Virus record (IMG/VR): IMGVR_UViG_3300035490_000050
Coordinates: 1 to 64,000 of that record
DNA: 64,000 nucleotides
Strand: one strand, 5' to 3'
DNA from: a virus
Within the stretch, counting starts at the first letter, position 1. Every line of letters starts with the position of its first letter. This document shows, piece by piece, positions 1 through 9,559 of this stretch. The translations under genes were made by a program, and so were the position numbers. The notes under the pieces were generated by a model. The model worked only from the letters and a program-made list of their open reading frames with translations. It was not told the origin of the DNA and searched no databases.

Positions 1-197
1 GCTAGAAATTGCTTTCGCTGTTTGTCCACTTCTTTGTAATACTGGCGCGAACATAACATGCGCCCGTCAAGCATACCGAAGCGGTCAATCTTCGGTCCAT
101 GTTGTCTCTTGCATCCGTCACAGAAGAATGGTTTCTCCCACCAATTGTGAACGTGATGCGCTCCTCGCAGGAATCCATGTTTGCGATTGCCGCCCAT
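1..197 (-). CDS. Hypothetical protein, runs off the left edge (MGGNRKHGFLRG...FFCDGCKRQH...LC)
   Basis: ATG at 197 preceded by AGGAG; open to position 1; Cys/His cluster. Confidence 0.6.
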   Translation of the reverse strand, partial: MGGNRKHGFLRGAHHVHNWWEKPFFCDGCKRQHGPKIDRFGMLDGRMLCSRQYYKEVDKQRKQFL

Positions 198-208
198 TTG
201 TTCTCCTA

Positions 209-1219
209 TCAAGCAGCGATCTGTTCCTGAGTGGTTTCCTCATCTTCCGGTGGAGTCAAAGCCCGTATGTCAGCCCGTGCGTTCTTGAGCCGCCATGCCA
301 GCAATTTGATTCCAGTCAGATACACTTCGCCATTTTCATCAACTTGCTCCGGCTCTGGAATGTAACAATTGCGCCAGGAACGCGATACGGTGTATGTTTG
401 TTCCTTTGGGTGTTTGGTAATCCAAGAATCGCGCCAGTAGCCTTTTCTCTCGCCGTCTTCACATTGCCAGGAATAACTAACCCACTCGCGGAGCGAAAGA
501 CTCTCATATTGCTTTTCGAGTTCCCCGATCTGGTAGATGAGAGCCGCATACTTCACCGCGTTCTTTGGGTTGCGGAGTACGAGTTTCTTGCTCTTGAGAT
601 GCTTGCGGCGGCGACCATAGCCGTAAGTTACTTCGTACTCGCATTGGTTCTTGACCATCGCGGCTTTCTCTTTCCTCAGCTTTGCCAGTGTCCAGCGAAT
701 CACAGAGGCGCGTTTCCTGATGTCACGTTGACGCCTAAAGGCCGCATAGAATTCGATGATGTCTTGACGCCTTTCCGGGTTTACAGGCGTTAGGACGGGG
801 CAGACGGTTGCTCTGGACAGGATTTCAGCCTCAACTTTCCGCGCCTCTATCAATTCAGCGATACCGGCTTGCTCCGCTTGTTTTAACTTGAGCGCCCGTT
901 GCTCTGCGGCGGATAGGACACCCTTCAAAGCGATAACCTTCCGCTTCTGCCGTTCGCGGTAGGACCACTCACTGATAGCTTTCAGCGCGTCATAGCGAGA
1001 GATAGGAGTGAGAGAGCAAGATGTGTGGACGTTTCCCGCATGGCCTTTGATTTTAAGCCAACGAGTCTCTGTCAACTCCACAGAATCAATCGTGACGCCC
1101 TTCAATGCGCCCTTGAGCAGTTTTGCTCGGATACAGACGGGCGCATGACCGGGCACAGGAATTGCGACTACAGGGGCGGAGCCTCTCAGCGCCGCCCGCA
1201 CAGAGTTCAAGTGTTCCAT
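209..1219 (-). CDS. Hypothetical basic protein (336 aa)
   Basis: Long ORF, GGGAGAGGG RBS, co-oriented with neighbours. Confidence 0.75.
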   Translation of the reverse strand: MEHLNSVRAALRGSAPVVAIPVPGHAPVCIRAKLLKGALKGVTIDSVELTETRWLKIKGHAGNVHTSCSLTPISRYDALKAISEWSYRERQKRKVIALKGVLSAAEQRALKLKQAEQAGIAELIEARKVEAEILSRATVCPVLTPVNPERRQDIIEFYAAFRRQRDIRKRASVIRWTLAKLRKEKAAMVKNQCEYEVTYGYGRRRKHLKSKKLVLRNPKNAVKYAALIYQIGELEKQYESLSLREWVSYSWQCEDGERKGYWRDSWITKHPKEQTYTVSRSWRNCYIPEPEQVDENGEVYLTGIKLLAWRLKNARADIRALTPPEDEETTQEQIAA

Positions 1220-1233
1220 GACAGCCCTCTCCC

Positions 1234-2184
1234 TTAGAACTTGACATCCCCGTTATTCGCGCTGGTTGCCTTGTTGACAAGATGTGAGAGCGCCAGGAGT
1301 TTCAGAGCGGACACGGACACCCATTCCACATCGGGATTGGTAAGGTCCGCAGGCTCAACATCCTTGAGCAAATCGTTCAGGCTCAAAGAAAATGTCCGCA
1401 GCTTGTGGGCATCGGAATCCTTGTCAACGTGCTTTCCGTTGCCCTTGCCGTTGGCGGGTTGCGGAGCAGGAGCCGGAGCAGGAGCGGTTTCAATCGGAGC
1501 CGGAGCCTCAGCGGGTTGCGGCTTTGCCTTTGACTTCTTCGCCACGTCACTGACCTTGACCCGTCCAGGTCTGGACACCTTTTCCCTCTGCTGATCCTTG
1601 GTGAGTTTGGCAAGACCCACAGCGGCGGTGAGCTTAACGCGCCCTTCCCTTACGGCATCGGCGGCTTCGGGAGCGAGTTCCACAAGTGAGGCACGCTGTT
1701 TGACGTAACGCAGAGCCTCAGCCTTTTCCTCATCCGTCTTTGCTTCGGGAAAATAGATGGTCGCAATGTCTTCATCGGTGAACTGGAAACGCTTGCGCAG
1801 GGTGATAATGTTGGCGCAATCGTCAATCGGGGAAACGTCTTTCCGGTTGCGGTTTTCCCGGATTGCCATGCTGAAAGCCTCAACCTCAGTGACAGCCGCG
1901 TATTCAAACTTCACGCGCATAGGCTGTTCGGGGTTGCGCTCGTTCAACAGGCATATAGCCCTGTAGCGGCGATGTCCAGCTACGAGGACCGGCAAGCCTT
2001 GATCGTTTTTCCGGCAGATAACCGGGACAAGCTGCCCGTTCTTGGCAATGTCGGCTGCCAGTGTTTCCACATCCGTATGCTCATGCCGACCATTCAGTTC
2101 CGGCACGATAAGGATGTTCTCAGGCCAATCGCTGTAGAGCGCACAGGCCCGCTTCGTTGTTTCGTTTGCAAATTCAACTGCCAT
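1234..2184 (-). CDS. ParB/Srx-like N-terminal domain protein
   Basis: LAADIAKNGQLVPV...VLVAGHRRYRA...EN..RKDVSP ParB-N pattern; Pro/Ala linker; GGGAGAGGG RBS. Confidence 0.85.
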   Translation of the reverse strand: MAVEFANETTKRACALYSDWPENILIVPELNGRHEHTDVETLAADIAKNGQLVPVICRKNDQGLPVLVAGHRRYRAICLLNERNPEQPMRVKFEYAAVTEVEAFSMAIRENRNRKDVSPIDDCANIITLRKRFQFTDEDIATIYFPEAKTDEEKAEALRYVKQRASLVELAPEAADAVREGRVKLTAAVGLAKLTKDQQREKVSRPGRVKVSDVAKKSKAKPQPAEAPAPIETAPAPAPAPQPANGKGNGKHVDKDSDAHKLRTFSLSLNDLLKDVEPADLTNPDVEWVSVSALKLLALSHLVNKATSANNGDVKF

Positions 2185-2304
2185 GATCTTTCCCTCTCCC
2201 TTTTCGCTACGCTCTCCGATCCTCTGGAGATTTGTAGAATTCTCTGAGTTCGGTTTAACGCTCTCCCAAGCGTTGATACAACACTTTCACATCTCACAAA
2301 TGAT

Positions 2305-2320
2305 TGTCAAGAGGAAAATG
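2305..2320 (-). promoter_or_regulatory. Leftward promoter, -35 TTGACA preceded by CATTTT
   Basis: CATTTTCCTCTTGACA on minus strand, intergenic, upstream of the ParB-like gene; -10 not clear. Confidence 0.5.
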
Positions 2321-2331
2321 ATAAATCTTTT

Positions 2332-2517
2332 TCATTCGCCTCTTGGTTGAATGTGCCAGCCAGTAATGCTGAGTATCGGTTGGCCAGATTCACTCCGAAC
2401 GGTTTTGTCGATAATACACAAACACGGCACGGCCTCAGTACCGGAATCCAAACGCGGTAGGACATTCAGTTTAAAATCATCCTCTTCCGATCTTTGCCAG
2501 TCACGATTGATGAACAT
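2332..2517 (-). CDS. Hypothetical protein (MFINRDWQ...)
   Basis: AAGGAG RBS before ATG 2517. Confidence 0.6.
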   Translation of the reverse strand: MFINRDWQRSEEDDFKLNVLPRLDSGTEAVPCLCIIDKTVRSESGQPILSITGWHIQPRGE

Positions 2518-2686
2518 TGGTAAACTCCTTTTCGAGTGTTGCAAATAGGTTGCCTGAGTCCGGTACTTTTCCTGTCGCTTTGCATTTTGGGCAGGGCTTA
2601 GTCACGGTCACCATACAGCCCTTGACGCCAGGATGAGGCTGCAAGCGCCGTAGGAATGTATCTCCATTGCACAGTGGACACGTCAT
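2501..2686 (-). CDS. Small Zn-finger protein (CPLCNG...CPKCKATG)
   Basis: Two CxxCxG-type motifs; GAGG RBS. Confidence 0.6.
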   Translation of the reverse strand: MTCPLCNGDTFLRRLQPHPGVKGCMVTVTKPCPKCKATGKVPDSGNLFATLEKEFTNVHQS

Positions 2687-2868
2687 ATCGCCCTCTTGAG
2701 TTTCCGCGCTCCCCATAGCATCAGGTCGCGCATTCTGGTAGTGCGTTGCCTCTTACGGTCGGGATGCTTCACTTCCCGGCTGAAGAAAATCGGGTTTAGC
2801 AGTTGCCTCATATTGAGGTTGCCGCCAAGGAAAGGACGATGAAACTCTCGTACTATAAACACTTTCAT
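2683..2868 (-). CDS. Hypothetical basic protein (MKVFIVREF...)
   Basis: GAGGA RBS; 4-bp overlap with downstream gene. Confidence 0.5.
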   Translation of the reverse strand: MKVFIVREFHRPFLGGNLNMRQLLNPIFFSREVKHPDRKRQRTTRMRDLMLWGARKLKRAI

Positions 2869-2876
2869 TGCGATCC

Positions 2877-3530
2877 TCACGCGGGAGTGATAGAGTTGCG
2901 AACGTGTTCCGGCAGTTGTGCGATCCGTGACGCGGTAATCGCCTTGTAGTCGTAGCCCTCTTCTTTGGTGTCCATGTAGTGCAAGAGCCACAGGAAAGGC
3001 CGATTCTCCCATACTGGCAGGAATGTTCCGGTCTCTCTCATTTTCCCAAGGTAGTACCGGATAGCCTCACGGCAATCGAGGGACTCATAGACTCCACCGC
3101 CGCCGCTCAGCGGAATATTCAACGTGCAAAACTGTTTCCAGTCGTTCGGCTTGAAATTGAAGTAGATGTGTCCGCCGTTCACGGAATCGCCAAAGTAGGA
3201 ATCAAACGAGAGCAGCAGACCGTCAGGATGCCAGTAAATGAAATACTTATCCTGATAATCCTTTTCGTGTGTTGGGTCGTTCGGAATCTCCATCTCGAAA
3301 ACCTTCGAGAATCCTTCAGCCGCTAGGACTCTCTCGTAATAATCGAGTTTGCTAGAAAACGTGCTGTCGAGTTGAGCGGTCAAGAGTTCTGACTTGCGTT
3401 TGCCGTTTGCCTGCATCATTCCTATGGCGAGCCATACGGGAAGGTCTGTTTTATGCGAGTCAAGCCCAGTCAAGTCTTCGGCGGCTTGAATAGCATCAAA
3501 TTGCAAGCGCCCTTCGAGTTCGCTTTTCAT
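2877..3530 (-). CDS. Hypothetical phage protein (217 aa)
   Basis: AGGAG RBS; globular aromatic-rich composition. Confidence 0.75.
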   Translation of the reverse strand: MKSELEGRLQFDAIQAAEDLTGLDSHKTDLPVWLAIGMMQANGKRKSELLTAQLDSTFSSKLDYYERVLAAEGFSKVFEMEIPNDPTHEKDYQDKYFIYWHPDGLLLSFDSYFGDSVNGGHIYFNFKPNDWKQFCTLNIPLSGGGGVYESLDCREAIRYYLGKMRETGTFLPVWENRPFLWLLHYMDTKEEGYDYKAITASRIAQLPEHVRNSITPA

Positions 3531-3545
3531 TTCGTTTGTCTCCTA

Positions 3546-4736
3546 TCAAATGGTTTCAGTGTGTTCCCGGTGAGTGCAAGGGAATTCCCAGAATCCATTA
3601 AAGTCGAGGCTTCCGGTCCCGTAGTTAATCTCATCTGCGATATTCGTACTAGCCGAACAGCGGCAAGGATTAAAGAAATAAGACTCAAGTTCTTGCGGAG
3701 TCCAATTTTCCATTTCCAACAAAGCATGAGCAGCGTGAGCCAGTTGCGGCGTGTATCCTGTGCGCTTGACGGCCTCTCGCCATTCGTTCCAGTGGTCGTT
3801 ATCGGGATGGTGGAGCATTGTTACTCCTGTACAAGAGTTTCGCCAGCGTGAATGATCTGTGACCATCCTTCAGCCCTTGCGCTCCACATACAGCAAGCGC
3901 TGCCCAGGTTATGCCTGTACTCGCCATGCGGCCCGTGGAATTCATAGGTGTGCCGTACTCCCCCGCTTGTTTCCCAGGCCCATGCTGCCTTGATCTCTTC
4001 GGGCGTGTACTTCTTTCGCACATCCGCCATGACTTGAGCGAGCAGGATACGGCAATAATCGTGTGTGGAGTAATGCTTGCCCATCACGCATCCACCTCAT
4101 GTAAAGCGGTTACTGAGAACGGCAGGTTAACTGTATTTGCGATTGCATCTCCCGCCCGCCCGATAATCACCGTAGCTGTGCCGTTAGTCGGATGTACCTC
4201 ATGGACGCGCATCATACGGGTTTCAATGCCGCCCTTGACGGTCACGCGGCCCGGTTGCACGTCTAGCTTCAAATTCGTGTGAGCGTACAGGTTGCCGTCG
4301 ATCTGGCGAACCACAGCGCCCGCAGGAATAGTAGAAACGTAGGTAATCATGCCGCCACCTCATCCGTGCGATAGAATCTGCTGTACATCGGGATACCGCT
4401 CTGCCTGATAACCTCTTTGGCAATGCTGTGAATCTCGGAACACTTCATGCCGTGGATGCCCAGCGCCTTTTCCGTGTGCTCACACGTAGAGTACATATAC
4501 CGTATGCCCTGCTCTGTCTTATGCGCGGTCACGAAAAAGCATGTGCCGGTCTGCGAGTCGATCACGGCATAGGCGAACGGTTCACGGTCCCTGTCAAGCA
4601 ATAGGACCCCGTTCGTATGCGTCCGGTAGAATCCGCCGTGAGTGTGAGTTGCTAGAAAAGCCTCTCCACCCTCTCGTACAAGCCTCTTGGACTCTGCCAG
4701 ATTCTTTGAGTAATGCTTGCCGTTCAATTCGATCAT
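3546..4736 (-). other. Four coupled small hypothetical genes (3546-3818, 3821-4087, 4084-4350, 4347-4736)
   Basis: Each has a GGAG/GAGG RBS and abutting or 4-bp overlapping stop/start junctions. Confidence 0.65.
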
Positions 4737-4774
4737 TGCTTACATCCTCCCGGTGTTGCTTGCTTGATGCTTGC

Positions 4775-4832
4775 TAATCCTTGCACGTCTATCAAACGCT
4801 TGTCAAGTGGAAAATGTAACGCGCAAGGATTA
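4775..4832 (-). promoter_or_regulatory. Leftward promoter enclosed by a 14-bp imperfect inverted repeat (candidate operator)
   Basis: TAATCCTTGCACGT (4775-4788) / ACGCGCAAGGATTA (4819-4832) flank CATTTTCCACTTGACA (minus strand, 4816-4801). Confidence 0.6.
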
Positions 4833-4882
4833 TTTTGATCCCCTATCAATTAGTACAAGAGTTGGACCGCTATCAAAGCCGG

Positions 4883-5293
4883 TTAGTTGCTTTCCTTGCC
4901 CGCTTTGAATCCCGTGCTCACTCCAGCTTTCCATGCAGCCTCTAGCGCCGTCTTCAGGTTCCACACGGCGATACTGTAGAAGTCGAGCGAGTCTGAATTC
5001 CGCATGTCAAGCGTTTTGATTCCCAGGTAATCCCGTGCGATCTGGTGAAGCAGCGCGTCCGGTGGAGTTTGCACGTTCGGCTTACTTGCGCCTTCACAGC
5101 CATACTCCGCCGCGTACCGTTCCACGTTTAGGAGTAGTTGCTCCCGTGTCGGATAGGACGCGCCGATACAGTGCATGTTATCTTTGTTTCCATCCTGCGC
5201 GTCGGACAGGTCAACGAATCGCCAGTCTCCAGGCGAATTCAACGTGAAACCTATTTCAGTGAATCGTGTTTTGTACAGCTTGCCGTGAATCAT
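4883..5293 (-). CDS. DUF6900-like domain protein
   Basis: C-terminal IARDYLGIKTLDMRNSDSLDFYSIAVWNLKTALEAAWKAG matches the remembered DUF6900 consensus. Confidence 0.7.
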   Translation of the reverse strand: MIHGKLYKTRFTEIGFTLNSPGDWRFVDLSDAQDGNKDNMHCIGASYPTREQLLLNVERYAAEYGCEGASKPNVQTPPDALLHQIARDYLGIKTLDMRNSDSLDFYSIAVWNLKTALEAAWKAGVSTGFKAGKESN

Positions 5294-5327
5294 TTTCCGT
5301 TTCTCCTCTCAATTCGTTATACCGCTA

Positions 5328-5672
5328 TCAATGCAAGAATTCTGACAGGCCCATGCGCGTGAATGCTTCGATAATTTCCGGTTCACACATCCCATCTATC
5401 CCGATGAAATAACCGGCCTCACTATGCCAGCGGATGCACTCGCGCACAGTGGCGATAAAATCGGCTTCGTCTGTGCAATCGGTCAAGGTTGTATCGCCTT
5501 CGCAATAACTCATTAGCTTGAGCGTGAGCGGGTTAATCCAGTTGCCAAAGTAAGACGCATCCTGCCGCGTGTCCAGTTGCGCCCATCCATCCCTAGACGT
5601 GCATTTTCGGAAGTCGTATCTGTACCGATCTCCCATAACGTCAAATCCGCGTGTCATTGTCGCCATTTTCAA
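5328..5672 (-). CDS. Hypothetical protein (RYRYDF...WAQLDTRQDASYFGNWINP)
   Basis: GGGAG RBS; globular composition. Confidence 0.7.
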   Translation of the reverse strand: MKMATMTRGFDVMGDRYRYDFRKCTSRDGWAQLDTRQDASYFGNWINPLTLKLMSYCEGDTTLTDCTDEADFIATVRECIRWHSEAGYFIGIDGMCEPEIIEAFTRMGLSEFLH

Positions 5673-5722
5673 TCTCCCATAAACGTGTTTGGTTGCCTAT
5701 CAATTGCCGGTGAGCGCAAGGA

Positions 5723-5926
5723 TTAGTACAAGAGTTCTCTGCGCGTGTAATAGCCCCATTCCCCGCGCCGGACAATGACAAAGCGATCAGGAGCTAAGCA
5801 GTCAGAATCGGGACCGTGTACCGTGTAATTCTGTGCGATCTCTTTCGCTTCGGCCACAGAGTCAACGGGACCGATAATCTGGTACTCGCCGGACTCGCTC
5901 TCAACTACCAAAATTCCGTATTCCAT
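5723..5926 (-). CDS. Small hypothetical protein
   Basis: GGAGG RBS; bracketed by direct repeats. Confidence 0.65.
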   Translation of the reverse strand: MEYGILVVESESGEYQIIGPVDSVAEAKEIAQNYTVHGPDSDCLAPDRFVIVRRGEWGYYTRRELLY

Positions 5927-5972
5927 AAAGCTATTCCTCCGTGTTTGGTTTGGGTTCCTATCAATTGCCGCG

Positions 5973-6221
5973 TCAAGACTTCGATAACAGTTTTAGTGCG
6001 TAGTGTGCGGCTAATCGAACACGCGGTTTAACTGTTGCACCGATTGCCTCATCCGATACCCTGCGCGTAGCATGGACAGCATTGTCAATCGAAGAAAGCA
6101 TGATACGCACGCAGCGGTTGAGTCTTTCTGTAGTGCAATCGCGGCAGATGCAGGTTAGTGTGTGGCCGTATTTCATACTCCCGCCTTCCATGCTTGCGTA
6201 TGCTTGCGTTAAATCGCTCAT
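5973..6221 (-). CDS. Small hypothetical protein with a Cys cluster (HTLTCICRDC)
   Basis: ORF co-oriented with neighbours; start uncertain. Confidence 0.5.
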   Translation of the reverse strand: MSDLTQAYASMEGGSMKYGHTLTCICRDCTTERLNRCVRIMLSSIDNAVHATRRVSDEAIGATVKPRVRLAAHYALKLLSKS

Positions 6222-6290
6222 TCCTGCCCCGTAGGATGCCCCAGGAACGATTGTTAAGGGGGATGTGATACCTAACCATCCCCCGAAGTG

Positions 6291-7442
6291 TCATCGGTCA
6301 ACGTAAACCACCTCACCAAACGGGGCAGTTGCGTCTTCAACAGTTGAAAGCCATAGAACAGGAATAGACGGGGGAATATCGGGGAAAGTACCGTCAAGGT
6401 CACTGATACAGACCGCGCAGACCGCTTGCCCGTCTAACTCTATCGCCTCAAGAGCGGGGATAAAAGACGTTCCACCTCCGCCTTGAGGTTTCCACGTCAA
6501 AGAATCCCCGCGCTCAAATCGGTCAATACTTGCAATCTCGGAATCAAAGTAATAGACCGTGACCGCAGCGGGATTGCACTCATCGATTACCGATTCAACG
6601 ATAGACCGCGCATAGGATAAACTTACCTCATCCACACTGCCCGAAGTGTCTACCATGATTGCGATCTCGCCCAGGGCTTTAGATTCCAGCGCGGGAAGAT
6701 AGAGACCTTGTGAAAGATACCGCGAGTTTGGGCGAGTCCATGAATAATCGCCCGTGCTACGCTCGGAGAAAAATCGGAGTAACAGAGACCTAACGTCCAA
6801 CTTAGGCCGTAATGCTTGCGACACTTGACGCGCAAGGCCAGCGGGCAATGTGCCTTGCATCTTTGCCTGCTGTAAAGCGCTGGCTGCTCTTTGTTTCCAT
6901 TCCTGCTCAGTTGGAGCGGGTTCCCCGTCACTATCGGGACCCGTAGGGGCATCCCGAACTTCCCCTAATGGGTCCGGGACACTTGGACCTTGACCCGCTG
7001 TATTCCCTTGCCCATTGCCCTGCCCGTTCGGGTCCGGGTTATCATCCTGTTGCGCGTGCGAGTAATGCCATTCCGCAGACTTGCCCTTTTCAGAGTCCGA
7101 AGGATACAAAGCACCTTCGGGCAAAGTGAAGCCGGATTCTCTCAGTTCTGAATTGATAGCCTTATCGCAGGCAACGTTCCACGGTTTAGGCTCACGTCCA
7201 TCACGTCTAAACGGATGACCCATTGCGCAATGCATCACCTCATGCGCAACTAGAGCGGTAATCTGCTCATGCGGCAAGGATTCAATGAATGTAGGATTGT
7301 ACCCCAGTGTACGGCCATTGACCCATGCGGTCTCGCAAGTGTCATCCGCTTGCATTTTAAGCGATAAGGCGAGCGTACCAAAAAATGGCTGCTCTAGTAC
7401 TAGGCTAGTGCGCGCTGCGGTCATTTTGCTCTGTGCATTCAT
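6291..7442 (-). CDS. DUF2201-like HExxH metallopeptidase + vWA domain protein
   Basis: AHEVMH HExxH; DTSGS MIDAS; GGGGTSF; SDLDG; start moved to ATG 7442 (AAGGGG RBS). Confidence 0.88.
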   Translation of the reverse strand: MNAQSKMTAARTSLVLEQPFFGTLALSLKMQADDTCETAWVNGRTLGYNPTFIESLPHEQITALVAHEVMHCAMGHPFRRDGREPKPWNVACDKAINSELRESGFTLPEGALYPSDSEKGKSAEWHYSHAQQDDNPDPNGQGNGQGNTAGQGPSVPDPLGEVRDAPTGPDSDGEPAPTEQEWKQRAASALQQAKMQGTLPAGLARQVSQALRPKLDVRSLLLRFFSERSTGDYSWTRPNSRYLSQGLYLPALESKALGEIAIMVDTSGSVDEVSLSYARSIVESVIDECNPAAVTVYYFDSEIASIDRFERGDSLTWKPQGGGGTSFIPALEAIELDGQAVCAVCISDLDGTFPDIPPSIPVLWLSTVEDATAPFGEVVYVDR

Positions 7443-7524
7443 GTAATCCCCTTCCGGTATCTCGCCAGCACGATTAGTGCCTGATACCCTTCCCCGTTTG
7501 CCCATGAGCCCATGGGCAGGGTTA

Positions 7525-8421
7525 CTAGGCAAAAATGCCCTTGCCATAAGTGGCCGTCATCGCGTCAAGAATTGCCTGCGCCTCATTCGCCGTGCTAACG
7601 CGCACATCGGGATTATCGCGCAACGTTTGAGGATCACTTGCCGCAAGTATCTCAGTCTGCCTGCGCAAGGATTCAAGTGTCGAGTCATCCGTGAGATTCA
7701 AGCGGGTCAACACATCGCACAATTCCCGTGCGTTACCTATTAGCGAATCACGGAAGATAGCTTCTGGCTGCGCCAAACGTTCGTGAATCCGTGAGAGACA
7801 ATCGGCCAAACGTCTGACGGCATCCTGCTGAGCGTCTTTGAATGCTTCCGTGACCCGCTGTTCAGTCCGTGCCGCGATAGCGTTAATCTCCTCCGCCGCA
7901 ATAGTCACTCGAAAGTCGGTCCCTGCGGGAACGGGATTGTATTCCACTCCCCAAGAGTAACGTCCAGCGATGTCTGAGGGATAATCGGTCTCTTGAAACA
8001 TGCCATTCAAGACTTCCCTTGCTTGCTCACGATAAGCCGGGTAATCGGCGATAAAATCGGCGAGCAAAGAATCGGCATCATGGAACATTTTGCGCACCAT
8101 ATCGGTATATGCCTGATAATTCTTGACGGGGAGTAATCTCCATCCGTCATCGGACCATGCAAGAGTTTGCGCGTAATGCTTGACTCTCAAATCCGCAATG
8201 TGACCCGTTAACGCCTTGTACGCTGGACAATCACCCGGCAATAGGTGTTTATTGTAGCGTCCAGCGTCAAGAGTGGTATTGTGTGCCGCAGCGGTCTCTT
8301 GTGAAACCTTGCGGTCATACTTGCGAGCACTCCATGCGCTGATTCTCAGAGAGACTAGCATTGCCCTTGTATGCAAATCTGAAGCGGTCATTTTCTCACT
8401 CTCCCAAGTGAATTCCGGCAT
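7525..8421 (-). CDS. DUF3150-like protein (start possibly 8391)
   Basis: MLVSLRISAWSARKYDRKV...GRYNKHLL...W.DDGWRLLP...IFRDSLIGN; lies between AAA and vWA genes. Confidence 0.65.
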   Translation of the reverse strand: MPEFTWESEKMTASDLHTRAMLVSLRISAWSARKYDRKVSQETAAAHNTTLDAGRYNKHLLPGDCPAYKALTGHIADLRVKHYAQTLAWSDDGWRLLPVKNYQAYTDMVRKMFHDADSLLADFIADYPAYREQAREVLNGMFQETDYPSDIAGRYSWGVEYNPVPAGTDFRVTIAAEEINAIAARTEQRVTEAFKDAQQDAVRRLADCLSRIHERLAQPEAIFRDSLIGNARELCDVLTRLNLTDDSTLESLRRQTEILAASDPQTLRDNPDVRVSTANEAQAILDAMTATYGKGIFA

Positions 8422-8444
8422 ACGGTCCGGTAACGGCGATAGGA

Positions 8445-9479
8445 CTATGAACGGCCTGAAATAAGCTGGCCCAAGGGACCAGAATTCAAGCGAACAAAGG
8501 AATCAGTGTATTGAATCTTTTCGTCACGGCGAATTGCGTCACGGATGAGGAGAACGGCGAATTCGCCCTTGCCCGCTTCAGTGTAGAGCCTATTCGCATA
8601 GGTCACAATGCGGGCAAAATTCTGATCGTTAGCGCGGGCAGCGAGTCCAACTGAGACCGCGTACAATTCACTGGGCTTGCTCGGAATTGTAGCCTTATCG
8701 GGATTCATGAGAATGGCGTCAAGGTTTACCAGACTCTTCACCATTGACCGGAAAGCAAGGTATTCAAGCGCTGCTCCTTCCCCTACACTCCCCGCCATCA
8801 CGGCGGATTCAATCACAGCGGGCAAGGAAAGAGACTCAATCTTAGCAAGATGCGCCCATGTACGGGGAACTGGAGAGTTTGTAAGGTCTGCCGTCGCTTC
8901 AAACTTGCAAAGCAATTCCGGCCTGAAACGTAGGAAAGCTATCAGGGTAGCGGGGATACCGTGCGAGAATGCCCAGTTGCACCACGAGTCAATATCGGGT
9001 TCCAATTCGACAATGGACACGAAACGGGATTTTACCGGCTCTAGAATGCCCGATACTCCCGCGCGGTCAATGCGCCGATTAGTGGCCGCAAGGAAAGTAA
9101 CGCAGTCCGGGAGTACATGGCCGTTGACCCGGCGGGCAAGGAATAGTTGCATACATGCGGCCTGCACAGACGGGGGAGCTTGCCCCAAGTCATCGAAAAA
9201 CCAGACAGTGGGTTTGGTTGCTTTCAATGCACGGGCAAAGTTCCCGAACGGCAGGAAAGTTGCTTCCGTTGCACCTTGATTACCCCATGGGAGACCTTTA
9301 AAGTCTGTAGGGTCACCCACTGCCGGGTGTTCCAAGATGAGGTCATTGGACAGTGACGCGGTGACGGATTCAACGGTATCAGTCTTGCCGATACCGGGCA
9401 TCCCTGTAATGAGTAAAGGCAAACGGGCAGGAATAGCTGCGGTGAGAATGGCTTGCAATTGTGACGGGTTAACGCTCAT
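8445..9479 (-). CDS. MoxR/CbbQ-like AAA+ ATPase
   Basis: Walker A GMPGIGKT, Walker B WFFDD, sensor AATN, SRF arginine finger, PRTW. Confidence 0.9.
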   Translation of the reverse strand: MSVNPSQLQAILTAAIPARLPLLITGMPGIGKTDTVESVTASLSNDLILEHPAVGDPTDFKGLPWGNQGATEATFLPFGNFARALKATKPTVWFFDDLGQAPPSVQAACMQLFLARRVNGHVLPDCVTFLAATNRRIDRAGVSGILEPVKSRFVSIVELEPDIDSWCNWAFSHGIPATLIAFLRFRPELLCKFEATADLTNSPVPRTWAHLAKIESLSLPAVIESAVMAGSVGEGAALEYLAFRSMVKSLVNLDAILMNPDKATIPSKPSELYAVSVGLAARANDQNFARIVTYANRLYTEAGKGEFAVLLIRDAIRRDEKIQYTDSFVRLNSGPLGQLISGRS

Positions 9480-9518
9480 GTAATCCCCTTTCGTATTGAA
9501 TTCAATCTTACATATACA

Positions 9519-9558
9519 CGTTTACACCCGTTACTATTCCATTGTCAAGAATAAAATG
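9519..9558 (-). promoter_or_regulatory. Leftward promoter of the early arm
   Basis: CATTTTATTCTTGACA-18 nt-TAAACG on minus strand, upstream of the AAA gene. Confidence 0.55.
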
Positions 9559-9559
9559 A

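Noticed and set aside
7443-7547. N-terminal extension of the vWA protein given in the ORF track
   Set aside because: Overlaps the upstream gene; ATG 7442 has the same initiation sequence as the AAA gene
128-9356. Plus-strand ORFs in the left arm (e.g. 128-793, 8677-9279) and minus-strand ORFs throughout the right arm
   Set aside because: Antisense shadows of motif-bearing genes; no RBS and unnatural composition
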